Shown one piece after another: positions 1 through 12,854 of a stretch of DNA of 64,000 nucleotides. Positions within the stretch are counted from its first letter, which is position 1. Each line of letters starts with the position of its first letter. Both the position numbers and the translations under genes were made by a program. Source of the stretch: Macrostomum hystrix (lineage: Eukaryota > Animalia > Platyhelminthes); assembly GCA_950097015.1 (NCBI GenBank), contig CATNEN010000001.1, positions 9,734,001-9,798,000 of the forward strand. The letters run 5' to 3'. The notes under the pieces are model-generated. The model saw only the letters and a list, made by a program, of their open reading frames with translations, did not search any database and was not told the origin of the DNA.

Positions 1-694
1 ATCAGTTTTTATGGACGAATGTTTTTTTATAAATAATCATGGTATCATGCTCGTACATTTTATTAATTGTATAGAATCTTCTAAGTTAATTGAATTATTA
101 GACAACTCAGAATTTTATTTGATGTAATTTGTTAAACAAGGATCTAAAATAATTATTTTCTTACGAAAAAACAACTTTTGCAAATCCAATCAGTATATTT
201 TCATTTTTATCTTGGATTTTTCGTAGTTGCAAATAAATCGAAAATCGCGTTATTGGCTATATTTATTTCCGGTTTAAGAAAACAAAAACAAAATGAAAAG
301 GCCCACAACAATGTTGGGTATTTCTTTAAAAAAGTAAAGTCCAACAAATTCATTCCGTAATATTTTTTAATTCCTTTGAAGTAGCAAACGAAATTGAAGA
401 AAAATATACCAATTGAACCACGATTCACATCACTGAAAAGTATTAAAAAGTTAAAATTAATATGGCCGGGTAATAGTCCTAAGATAATTTTTACTGAATG
501 ATTTCCTGACCTGCGTGATTGGTCTGAATCCAATCCTGCCTTTTGAACATGTACCTTTTGTACATGTCTTAGCGCTAAGGGGCACAAGAACAATACTTTA
601 ATTCATGTGCTCAAATGGTAGCAGAAACATTTTTTACGCATGTCTAGAACTCAAATCGACTTCAATTTAAACAACTTATTCAGTGAGTGAAAAA

Positions 695-3447
695 TCAATT
701 TTCCACATATCCCTCAACGTATTCTCCGTTGAGCTTGTCGAATACAGGAACTGGCGGCACAATGGTCCTAAACCTGTCCTGTGTCACGTGACGTTCCGGT
801 TGCACCTCCCGGAAGTGCACCGTGCCGTAGGGCAGGTGGCCGTACTCAGAGGCGGTGTGCATCAACGGCTGGTAGGCCTTCTCGCGCAGCGCCTTGGTGG
901 GCTTGAAGGCCTCGTCGTGCAGCCGACCGGCCCACTCCTCGGCGCGCCACTGCTCGCGGGCTCGCTTCACCGACTCATAGTCTGTGGCCACTCGGAGGCT
1001 GGGATGGAAGTCGCGGTAGCGCTGGGCGCGCACTTCCTCCGGCTGACGGAACGGTCCCTGCGGCTTGGCCGGCAATGGCGGTAGCTTCGACGGTAGGCGA
1101 ACCATCTGGCTCTGGCCGTACTGCCTCCAGCTGGGGTCGAACCCGTGACCTGCCGTGGCAGCCTTCGGAGGCGTCTTTGGCCGAGTGTTCAGCAGCAGCG
1201 ACTCCTCCGGCAGGGTGAACGGCCGGTAGGGGCTGTTGAACACGGATGGCTGCACGACGGTGCTGACGAGGTAGTGATGACGCTCGGCCCATTCGTGCAG
1301 TCGGCGTCGGGTTTCGTCGTCTTCGCGTCTCCGCTGCTCGCGACGCATGGCTTCCTCGTGCTCGGCCAGTTCGCTTCTAAATAACGGTCGGGGGTTCGAT
1401 TTCTGAAGCTTTTGTCTAGCTTAAAGAAAGAAGCATAGACTTCTGACAATGATTGGTAGGAATAACTTCATTTTAGAGTTGAACTGTATTTTTTCATTAG
1501 CAAATCTTTGATTCTACAAGCATAGTTGAATAGTCCCTGTTACAATTTCACCTCGAGATAAAGCTGGTGCAGTTTGGTTAATAATAATAATAATTGCAGC
1601 AGGGCTGTGTACAATGGCACATCATTTGGTGACACTAGACCCGCAGTCAGCGAGAAGGCAATTCTGCCCAATTCGTTGACTCCTGAGCACACACGCACAC
1701 GAATACCGTGCGCAGGCACACGCTCACACAGGTGTGTACATCTGTCCTGACTTTCTCATCGTCAGGCAGTGAGCACTCTCACTGTGCCTTGGCGGTTGGC
1801 CCTTAAGGGCGTAAATTGCACGACAAACCTCCAAGCCTTCTCTCCGCGGCTGCGTCCCAAATAAATGTGGCCTCGCCGCGGAATCGAGCTCAGGGACCTT
1901 GGTGCGAGAGGCAAAAGCGTTTACTGCTCTGCCACTCACCTCCTTACAGTTGGATAAGGATTCAGAACACTAACCGCTTGGCAACATCAACCTGTGATGG
2001 TTCGCACCTAAAAAATAAGCTAGGCATCGCCAAAAGTGCATGTAAATCTTACCTGATCATCTCATTTTTAGCCACCAAAGATTCCAAGTACTTCTTTCGG
2101 CTGTAATAGTCGAAAACGTACTTGCGAACATAGAATCCGCGCCACATCTTCTGAATTTGGGCCGCCTGTCTGTTGTAGTGGCTCAGACACATCACTTTCA
2201 CTGATTCCTAAAGTTATGAAAAATTGTTTGAATAATAACTTATCTGTCACGTTTTTCTAAGAATAATAAGTCGATGGAACTGATGAGATGATTGAGTTAT
2301 TAAGTGATGACTGATGTGAGTGACAAACAGATGTGTAGAGGGCTCGGTGGCAGAGCGGTTTAAGCGTCTTCCTCTCGCACCGAGGTCCCTGAGCTCGATT
2401 CCGTGGCGAGGCCACATTTATTTGGGACGCAGCCGCGGAGAGAAGGCTTGGAGGTTTGTCGTGCAATTTACGCTCTTTAAGATCCAAACTCCAAGGCACA
2501 ATGAGAGTGTACACTGCCTGTCGATGAGAAAGTCAGGGCAGATGTACACACCTGTGTGAGCGTGTGCCTGCGTACAGTATCTGTGTGCGTGTGTGCTCAG
2601 GAGTCAGCGAAATGGGCAGAATTGCCTCCTCACTGGCTGCGGGTCTAGTGTCGCCAAATGATGTGCCATTGCCCGCAGCCCTCCTGCATTTACTCGTATT
2701 ATTATTAACTGACAAAGTGATTAACTGAATATTTAACCAGCTGATTGCACAGGATAATGATAAATTTCTGGTATAAATAAGCAGAGAGAACTCACAATGA
2801 GGATGTTGCGAATGCGCTGCCTTCCAATGAAGCCGCGGTAGTGACGCTGGATTCGCACAGCGCACTGATTCAGATTCTTCATCTGGCTTCGAGTCCGGAT
2901 GCCACGGTACCAGGACTGGATGCGCACCGCGGCGTCATACTCTTCCTTGCGATGAACCTCGGCTTCTCTGAGAATAATTAGTTTGACAAATAATTCCTGG
3001 CTTCTGACTTCTTAATACTGAGTTTATACTCTATTCGAAACACCTTCAGATCTCTCATGCACAAAATCAACTTTAAAAGGTTTAATTTATTAGCATTTAT
3101 TTTTTAATTTAAAAACTTTACAGTTTTACATTTTATCCACTAAGAGGGAGTGCATACATTTTCGAGATTAGATCCTCATTTTTGATACTTCTTGCTTATT
3201 TTATACAAACCTTTTTAATTCTCAAAAATATCATATTTGTCATACTTATTCTTTTAAATTCTTATTCATAGTCCTAAATATTTCCTTAAATATTTTCTTT
3301 AGATATTAGGTGCAATTACTAAGTTGTAGCACGATTGTCTAGCCATGATGAACAATTTGCGTGAAACAAATTTACTTACATCTGTTGATCATAAATCTCT
3401 TTCACGATATTATCAACCTCTTTAAGCAACTTGTGTAAAGTTGCCAT
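695..3447 (-). CDS. SPATA17: Spermatogenesis-associated protein 17 (IQ-motif ciliary/flagellar protein), 4 exons, ~358 aa
   Basis: Exons complement(3380..3447, 2796..2967, 2053..2207, 695..1376), all GT-AG and phase-consistent (1077 nt). Begins MATLHKLL; three IQ motifs (AAVRIQSWYRG, AVRIQRHYRG, AAQIQKMWRGFYVRKYVFDYY) and HYLVST, matching SPATA17 architecture. Confidence 0.9.
1579..1942 (-). mobile_element. tRNA-derived SINE (family A), in SPATA17 intron 3
   Basis: Reverse complement of the ~350-bp repeat with A-box (TGGCAGAGCGG), B-box (GAGTTCGATTCC) and (TTA)n tail. Confidence 0.85.
2340..2708 (+). mobile_element. tRNA-derived SINE (family A), in SPATA17 intron 2
   Basis: GGTGGCAGAGCGG...GAGCTCGATTCC head, shared body, TATTATTATT tail. 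Confidence 0.85.
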
Positions 3448-3590
3448 TACATTAGATTACTTTTTATTTGTAGAATGACCTACAGAAGCTTCAACAACAG
3501 ATGGCCCTCTTAAATGAAGTTAGTAATGATTATAGTATTTTCGGAACAAGAAAAAAGAACGCAAATATGAATTTGAAAAATCGCACATTT

Positions 3591-3604
3591 GTTTCTATAG
3601 TAAC
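3591..3604. promoter_or_regulatory. RFX X-box in bidirectional promoter
   Basis: GTTTCTATAGTAAC fits the palindromic X-box consensus GTYNYY-AT-RRNAAC and lies between two divergent ciliary genes. Confidence 0.75.
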
Positions 3605-3640
3605 GTGTATGACATCGGTTCTGTTCTTGTGATATTATCG

Positions 3641-3655
3641 TGGCGGGAATTCAAA
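3641..3655 (+). promoter_or_regulatory. E2F/CDE plus CHR-like element
   Basis: TGGCGGGAA (E2F-type) directly followed by TTCAAA (CHR, TTYRAA); a second TTTGAA at ~3572. Confidence 0.45.
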
Positions 3656-3707
3656 TGTGCTGCAGCGTTTCTTTTTTAATATCTATCGCCTAACTCGCCT
3701 GCTTAGA

Positions 3708-6217
3708 ATGTCTTTCTCAACATTGACAGAAACAAAGAAGCCTTTAAACTCGAAGCTTCTTGTTCCAACTTTTCAGAGAAAGAAGGCCGTTGATGGTATT
3801 TACAAGTAAGATTATATTTCATTTTCTCCAAAGAAAAATACACTTGTGTCAAGTGTCAACTAGCACATCAAGTAGACTAACCTAAACCTAAACAGATGGA
3901 CATTTTAATAAAATTAATTAATGAAAACAATTTTAAATTAAACGCTTTTTTGGATTTACAAAAAATTAGCCGTTCTTTCATATAAGAAGTATACTTGAAA
4001 GTCCATAATCAAGACAAAGAAGTAAAAAAATTTTAATGTTGAAATCAATAAAAATAAGTATGAATAATTAAATATTATTTAATTTTTCATAATAAATTAT
4101 GCAAACATATCTAATGTCTGTTTGATAATAGAAAGAAACTAAATCATTTAAAACATATAATTTTCATCTGCTTGCTAAATTACAAATGACAATTAAAATG
4201 TATATATTTTAAGCATGCATTTTAATCGTTCTTGTCGAAATTTCAAGTTTATGGACATACAGTGAGGATGGCTGTGTCTTATTTTCGATTCGTTTTTGTT
4301 TTGTTACGAGCCTAAATATCAGGGGTTTGTTTCTTAGTCTCGGACTCAGGACTTTAAGGTCGGGGGTTTCGATTCGGGGTTTTATTTTATTAATTGTTCA
4401 CACTTTTGAAATATGAGCAATATATTGGATTGCTAATAAAATGGATACATAGTTTTTGACATTATCGATAAGAAATAAGCAAAGTATAATATATATAAAA
4501 CGTGATTCTCTCGCAAAATTTAGGCCCAACACCTACCGCGTACTATTTGAAGACGCCTACTATGCCAGGGCGCGCGATTCGCTGCCACTAAGCGAGCACG
4601 AGGACCACCTCACCCCTGTGCATTCCCAGCCGCCGGCTAACAAAGCGCCCAGGCCGAAGCGCGATCTGCGGCATCACAATCCGTGCCCCTGGAATGCCGC
4701 CTACCTGCGCGAGAATGTGGCCACGATGCTTCAGCCGGTGTGTCACGTGACCACCGAGGCTACCAAGGACGATCAGCACTGCTGGTGGGTCAACGATCCC
4801 GGCCGTGTCAGTCACAGTCGGCCAAATTACAGCTTCAATTCTACTTCTAGGGACGCTTATCGCGCCTGGCAACAGGATGGCAACGCTGAGGGCGGCAGGG
4901 GCGCCAGCTATAGACAGAAATTTACGGAAGCTGCAAATGGAATTGGTGAGCTAATTTAATCGTTATTTAAATAGTTCAGACTTCTACGAGGCTGCTTGGC
5001 AGATCTACACACCTGTGTGATGTGTGTGTGTCTGCGTACATTATCTGTGTGCGTGTTCAAAATGTTAAAAAAATCATTAAACAGATAACTTGTAAGAGTA
5101 ACACTGAAATCCTGAAATACTGAAATCTGGGGTTCAGTGGTTAACGCGTTTGCCTCTCGCACCAAGGTCCCTGAGTTCGATTCCGCGGCGAGGCCGCATT
5201 TATTTGGGGCGCAGCGGCGGAGAGAAGGCTTGGGGGCTTGTCGTGCAATTTACGCCCTTGAGGGCCAACCTCCAAGGAGTGTACACTGCCTGGCGATGAG
5301 AAAGTCAGGGCAGATGTACACACCTGTGTGAGCGTGTGCCTGCGTACAGTATCTGTGTGCGTGTGTGCTCAGGAGTCAGCGAAATGGGCAGAATTGCCTC
5401 CTCGCTGACTGCGGGTCTAGTGTCACCAATTTATGTCCCATTGACCGCAGCCCTCCTGAAATTATTTTTATATATTATTAACACTGAAATCATGATCGAT
5501 GACCAGACTTGCTCAAAATCTTATCCTTATCTTATCCCCAGTACCCGTGAATCCTCTATGGGATAAATCTGGTCAGAGGCGAGTCTGGACTGAGAAGATC
5601 AGCTACGAACAGCAGTACGACTCCAGACAGGCCGACAACTACCCCGTTAGGGGCCGGGTAAGTCGCTGCTGTGTGTGTATAAGAACTGTTCGTCATACGT
5701 CGTAAGGCTTTGAAAGTTCATCGTAAAGGGCGGATAATTTTGATCGAAATAGTGGACTTTGATCGAAAGGCAACGGGTATCAGAAATACCCCGTGGTTTT
5801 TCCCCAGGGGAAAAATAGTTTTCTTTCTACTGTTAGGGGCTGAGATTCAAACTCATCATCCTTCATCTTCATCAACAGCGACACGGAGCTCTGGTGCTTC
5901 AACGACTTGTACCCGACGACGCGGCCGCCGCAGCCGATTTCTTTGCCAGTCGGGGAATTCCGCGAGATCGGGCGGAGGCCGACGCTGCGAACGCTGCCAC
6001 AGCCAAGCGGGCAGTCGAGCGTCAGCAGCTGCTGGCAGCCTCGGCGACATCAAAGGAGCGTGCCTATCTACCATTTGTGCCACCAAATTCGGTGCCGTAT
6101 CACAGGCAGTTTGTGAGGCCTGCGCGAGCCGGTCAGGAAACCGTTGCCAACCTGGTCCAACCAGAGTTTCGCTACGCCTGGAACAAACCAGAGCCGGAGC
6201 CGTACTTCACTGCCTGA
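3708..6217 (+). CDS. CIMIP6: C2orf73/CIMIP6-like ciliary microtubule inner protein, 4 exons, ~324 aa
   Basis: Exons 3708..3805, 4524..4945, 5542..5657, 5879..6217, GT-AG and in frame (975 nt). Motifs WW..Y..STSRDAY, GIVPV and EKISYEQQYDSR..NYPVRGRRHGALV resemble human C2orf73 (EYISFIHQYDAR..NEPLQGKRHGAFV). Confidence 0.75.
5128..5480 (+). mobile_element. tRNA-derived SINE (family A), preceded by a short fragment at ~4995-5060
   Basis: Same head and body as other copies; lies in CIMIP6-like intron 2. Confidence 0.85.
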
Positions 6218-7289
6218 TTAGCTGAAAAAAACTCATTAATGCTAACAATTCGCTTATTTTACTACTGCTGACCATATGAGTAATAAGATGCGTATTCTAT
6301 GTACTTTTATGTTTCTTTTGCCGCTCACTTTTTTCACAAAAATAAGTTTTCTCTAAATCTGTTCTAAAATTTTTGCAATGTCTTTCACTGGGCTAGGGGG
6401 CTATCTTCCTGTTTATCATTTAACAAGAAAAGAATTTAATTTCCATTAATCGTATCCAACGAGTACTACAAGTAGTACTGTCTTCCCAAAAAGTAGCCTA
6501 AATCTATGCACTCCATTGAAATTAACTTTTTATATTTTTTGTTTTTTTTGTTTAGATTTCAACGGTTTATCTGCTTAATTTATCTTTTTTGTTAATTTAG
6601 CACTCAACAATACTACCAATCTTGTTTTGCATAGCTGTATCGTGATATATACATAGATATTGTATATCTCGCTAAATTAAAACTTTTTATTAAGTTTTTG
6701 ATTTCTTTTTTAGACACTCACTACAGTTTTGCTCAGTAGATTTTATAATTAGTCTGCTCATATATTACAGTAAAAATTGCTTTAACACGCCATTTTCCGT
6801 ATCTAAAATAGGTGTGTCTCTTTGGTTTATTTAAGATCAATCAATGTTGAGATTACTCAAAGTTTTAATACCTTTGATTTGATTTGATTTGTTTATTCGA
6901 ATCATTCCTAATTATGATTAAATTCTTGTCTGACCGGCTTGTCTACCTTTAATCCGGATTATCACCTGTTAGCGGAAAGTATGTCTTGGTGGCCAAGGGT
7001 ATGTTTTTCAATTTGCTGCTTATTAATCAGCATTTTTTGTATTCCAAGCATACCAAATGAACTCTAACACAACACCCTTGAGTCTAGTTATTTGCTTGCC
7101 AAACGTCATACAGTTATCAATCAATGTCAGGACAATGCAACATAGCGATGTCTTGACAGAAAATTAGATAAGCCGCGATTTATTCTGAGAATAGACTCAA
7201 GCTCTGTGTTCTCTCTCATTTATGCATATGCAGATCTCTTTCCCTTACCTAATGTTACCTCTTTATCTATCATCCTCTCATTTCCTTTT

Positions 7290-7970
7290 CTGTCTCGGCC
7301 TCTCTCCACTCTTTTCTCTCCCCCTCTCTCATCTCTGATATCTGATCTCTCCTCTTTCATCTCTCCTCTCGCATCTCTCCTCTCTCATTTCTCCTCTCTC
7401 ATCTCTCCTCTCGCATCTCTCCTCTCTCATTTCTCCTCTCTCATCTCTCCTCTCGCATCTCTCATCTCTCCTCTGTCGTCTCTCGTCTCTCCTCTGTCCT
7501 CTCTCCTCTCTCGTTTCTCGTCTCTTGTCTCTCCTCTCTCCTCTGTCGTCTCTCGTCTCTCGTCTCTCCTCTCTCCTGTCTCCTCTCTCATCTCTCTTCT
7601 CTCCTCTCTCCTCTCTCCTCTCTCCTCTCTCCTCTCTCCTCTCTCCTCTCTCGTCTCTCGTCTCTTGTCTCTCCTCTCTCGTCTCTCGTCTCTTGTCTCT
7701 CCTCTCTCCATCTCATTTCTCTTCTCTCTCCTCTCTCCTCTCTCGTCTCTCGTCTCTTGTCTCTCCTCTCTCCATCTCATTTCTCTTCTCTCTCCTCTCT
7801 CCTCTCTCGTCTCTCCTCTCTCGTCTCTCCTCTCTCGTCTCTCCTCTCTCCTGTCTCCTCTCTCCTCTCTCCTCTCTCGTCTCTCCTCTCTCGTCTCTCG
7901 TCTCTTGTCTCTCCTCTCTCCCTCTCATCTCTCTTCTCTTCTCTCTCCTCTGTCGTCTCTTCTCTTGTAC
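7290..7970. repeat. CT-rich ~7-bp tandem repeat (TCTCCTC/TCTCGTC)
   Basis: Directly visible; produces spurious Leu/Ser ORFs. Confidence 0.9.
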
Positions 7971-9096
7971 GAGCTACAAAATACGCTCGTATGTCTTTAT
8001 CGCCTAAACCGCTCAGCAGAAAACTAATTTAGCACTTGATCGCACCACAAAATGTGCACCCGTTCAACAAAAATTCCAATAAACCGTGAGCAATCTGTCG
8101 ACGAGTCGGTCGGTCCCGCCTCACTATGCTATAGAAACAAGGGTCCCCAAAGTCTGCTGAACTTCAAATCCCGAGCACGCACTCTATACTACACAGCTAC
8201 GCTTCCTTAATCCCTCACTCTCACAAGAGTTTATTTTGGGCCTAACTTTTTGCTGCTTTGATTGATGTCCTAGCCTGCCTAGATGCTGCGAATCATGCAT
8301 GCCTCTGGATGTATTTCATGTAGGAAATGCCGGTGGTCCCCTTCTCAATCTCAGCATTTCACTCTTTGCCTTCCCCATAGCTCGTACTCAAAGTGCCGGA
8401 CAAGTTTGTAAGAAATCAGGAGAAAAGTAAGTAGAGTTTGGCGCGAGTGCGGGTGAGTTTATTTTCAGTAGAACTGCCAGATAGCTTGTAGTTCGATCTT
8501 ATCTATCACCCCCTTCTCTGTCCCTCCCTGTCCCCCCATCGACAACTGGTCGACTTACTGGGATTTTTAATTACATCCGAGGACTTCTTGGCGGTGGTGT
8601 GAATCTGGGAGGATGAGGTGGGCGCTGCTGCTCTCAGAAAGGCAGGAGAAAGCTGCGCTGTGCTCAAACTATTGTCGAGTACCATATGTGTGTAGCCTTT
8701 ACACAGCGACTGTAGAGGGAAATAGGCTTTTTTAGCTAAAGCTAACGACTAGCGGGCAGAACCAAGCAGTTGACGACAACAACAAGAACAAGTTCAGAGT
8801 AAGTTGTGTAGAATTAATGTCTGCCTGTTCCAGATGACTGTCCCTTTTGCTTGCCGTCTGTCTGTCTTGCCGCCTTTTCCTCGGCCTTACAATCTCTCAT
8901 TTTCCGCAATCACTTTCGGCCTACTGGTCCTGGGAATATTTGCTCAGGGCTGGAGACTCCTTGATCAGTTCGGGAAGGCTGCGCTCTGATGTAGGGGCGG
9001 AATGTTTTTAGTAGGATCCCAGCTGGGAGAGAGATCACAGACTAGAAAATCAGAGATCAATGACTGGGTGAGATCAGCTGACTGACTGGCGGGATA

Positions 9097-9518
<422 letters not shown>

Positions 9519-9869
9519 AAATATTCTTCTTGGCTTATTCACTTATTGGAGTAAAAATCTCATCTAGGATGCGACAAACGAAAATAAACATTGACCTTTC
9601 AGGCCTTTGCGCTACTCTAGACATTTATATACTTGAGACATACAAAACGTCACATTGCGATATATCAACATTCTTTCAAGTTTGCTAAAAGTCCAACTCA
9701 AAGCAGCTACCCGCCGTTCTGTAGCAACACTGCTCGTTGCTTCCTCGAATCCTATCGGAATTCTGGAAGCTATCAATCTTCAATCAGTGCTGGCCTTACT
9801 CTGAAGTGGCACCGAAATACACCAAACCCTTGAGATTTGCATTAGTAATCCATTTTGTGTGCCTATTTC

Positions 9870-10262
9870 TTATCGGATAGATTAGCAATCCATTCTATCC
9901 TTGTCCATGTTATCAGATAGATTAGCAATCCATTCTATCCTTGTCCATGTTATCAGATAGATTAGCAATCCATTCTATACTTGTCTTTGATATCGCATAG
10001 ATTAGCAATCCATTCTATCCTTGTCCATGTTATCGGATAGATTAGCAATCCATTCTATACATACTTGTCTTTGTTATCAGATGGAATAGCAATCCATTCT
10101 ATCCTTGTCCATGTTATCGGATAGATTAGCAATCCATTCTATCCTTGTCCATGTTATCGGATAGATTAGCAATCCATTCTATCCTTGTCCATGTTATCGG
10201 ATAGATTAGCAATCCATTCTATCCTTGTCCATGTTATCGCATAGATTAGCAATCCATTCTAT
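9870..10262. repeat. 40-bp minisatellite GATAGATTAGCAATCCATTCTATCCTTGTCCATGTTATCG, ~10 copies
   Basis: Directly visible. Confidence 0.9.
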
Positions 10263-11297
10263 TTTACTTTCGTTTAGATAGCTAGACAAGCAGACATAGA
10301 GAAGTCCTGTATATCTAAAAGCACTTTAAATATTAAATTTGTGTTTAAATTTTAATTTAATTTAATTTAATCGATTTATTCACTTTCATAAAACCTCTCT
10401 TCCATTTGTGTCTGTTGACCTATTATATGAATTTCAAGTCCATTAGATTACGTGCATAAATGAATCTATGAAAATTTAGTACTAGAAAATGGCAATTTAA
10501 GCACTAGCTGAATTTCGCACGCATCTGCAGTGTGGCACTTTGTTGATGCCATTGCTTAATTGCTGGGCATTAGCTGAGCTCATCTGTCACTCGGACTGAG
10601 TAATTGAGTCAGCAAAGTGATCAATTATTAGTAATTTGTTTATTTATAGGGCCACATAGACAGCCATTGTACAGTCCATATTCAGTCCATGGACTGGAAA
10701 AAAGACAATTTCGACATAAATCTTTAATTTTCCTTAAGCAAGCACGCACAACTCACTTGCTAAAACAGATTAAGAAGTCGCTAAGGAACGAAAGGCGACA
10801 AAAGCACATTGATTGAAAAGGGTGATTGTGTGTCAACGTCCTTTATTTTTTTTCGTGCTTTTTTTTGATTGACATGTTTTAAAACAAAGGAAAGTAGGCA
10901 TTTACATGGCTATATTGTTTGTACTTTAAGCTTTTGATTGATTTTATCATTCAGGCTAAGCAGCAAGAGGTGCAGAAAAAATTGACAAGCAAAGAATATG
11001 ACTTTACAATGAGTGCGCGTTAACTATTTTATGTTACAATTATCGACTTCGCTTGATATTTAGTGTAAAAAACTCATTCAAATTCGTTCAATAATGTCAA
11101 AGTCGGACATTGGAATAAAAATGTTACAAGTGCACGTTTTTTGTTACTTTTTGCGGTTAAAAACATTGTTTTCTTCAATGACAGTCTTGTTGAGACACTG
11201 ATAATTTTCCAATCATTATTAATTTAATTTCAATTTAGTCAATTTGAACAAACATTCTTTTTTATCGTAATCTTTTAATGCAACCGAAGTAATTGAA

Positions 11298-12695
11298 ATG
11301 GGATCACAGTCATTGTAATGGGATCACAGTCATTGTAATGGGATCACAGTCATTGTAATGGGATCACAGTCATTGTAATGGGATCACAGTCATTGTAATG
11401 GGATCACAGTCATTGTAATGGGATCACAGTCATTGTAATGGGATCACAGTCATTGTAATGGGTTACAGTCATTGTAATGGGATCACAGTCATTGTAATGG
11501 GATCACAGTCATTGTAATGGTACGAGCGTATCACAGTCATTGTAATGGTACGAGCGTATCACAGTCATTGTAATGGGATCACAGTCATTGTAATGGGATC
11601 ACAGTCATTGTAATGGGATCACAGTCATTGTAATGGTACGAGCGTATCACAGTCATTGTAATGGGATCACAGTCATTGTAATGGTATCACAGTCATTGTA
11701 ATGGTATCACAGTCATTGTAATGGGATCACAGTCATTGTAATGGGATCACAGTCATTGTAATGGGATCACAGTCATTGTAATGGTACGAGCGTATCACAG
11801 TCATTGTAATGGTATCACAGTCATTGTAATGGGATCACAGTCATTGTAATGGGATCACAGTCATTGTAATGGTATCACAGTCATTGTAATGGTATCACAG
11901 TCATTGTAATGGGATCACAGTCATTGTAATGGGATCACAGTCATTGTAATGGGATCACAGTCATTGTAATGGGATCACAGTCATTGTAATGGGATCACAG
12001 TCATTGTAAAGGGATTACAGTCATTGTAATGGTATCACAGTCATTAGAATGGGATCACAGTCATTGTAATGGGATCACAGTCATGGTAATGGTATCATAG
12101 TCATTGTAATGGGATCAGAGTCATTGTAATGGTATCATAGTCATTGTAATGGGATCACAGTCATTGTAATGGGATCACAGTCATTGTAATGGGATCACAG
12201 TCATTGTAATGGTATCACAGTCATTTTTATGGGATCACAGTCATTGTAATGGGATCACAGTCATGGTCATGGGATCACAGTCATTGTAATGGGATCATAG
12301 TCATTGTAATGGGATCACAGTCATTGTAATGGGATCACAGTCATGGTCATGGGATCACAGTCATTGTAATGGGATCACAGTCATTGTAATGGGATCACAG
12401 TCATTGTAATGGGATCACAGTCATTGTAATGGGATCATAGTCATTGTAATGGGATCACAGTCATGGTTATGGGATCACAGTCATGGTTATGGGATCACAG
12501 TCATTGTAATGGGATCACAGTCATGGTCATGGGATCACAGTCATTGTAATGGGATCATAGTCATTGTAATGGGATCACAGTCATGGTTATGGGATCACAG
12601 TCATGGTTATGGGATCAGAGTCATTGTAATGGGATCATAGTCATTGTAATGGGATCACAGTCATGGTCGTGGGATCACAGTCATTTTAATGGTAT
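11298..12695. repeat. 20-bp minisatellite ATGGGATCACAGTCATTGTA
   Basis: Directly visible, ~1.4 kb; four 28-bp variant units carry an extra CGAGCGTA. Confidence 0.95.
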
Positions 12696-12854
12696 CCCAA
12701 CCAATAGAACGGAATCATCATTATAAAAAAAATTTTTTATTGATGGCGAACGGGATAAAGATCTTATGCACGTTATTTTATGGCAGAAATTTAGACATAA
12801 TTTTTAATTAATCGACGCAAATCTCAAAACAATGCACGATATTGAACACAGCTG

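Noticed and set aside
207-593. Possible downstream gene or operon partner of SPATA17
   Set aside because: An AG-preceded ATG exists near 566, but I could not build an in-frame spliced model or recognise a protein.
2340-2415. tRNA gene
   Set aside because: A/B boxes are present but the cloverleaf stems do not pair, and it is always followed by the same ~270-bp body: a SINE head.
9870-12695. Regular repeats resembling CRISPR arrays (also 25940 and 61105)
   Set aside because: Head-to-tail units with no unique spacers, no cas genes, eukaryotic context.
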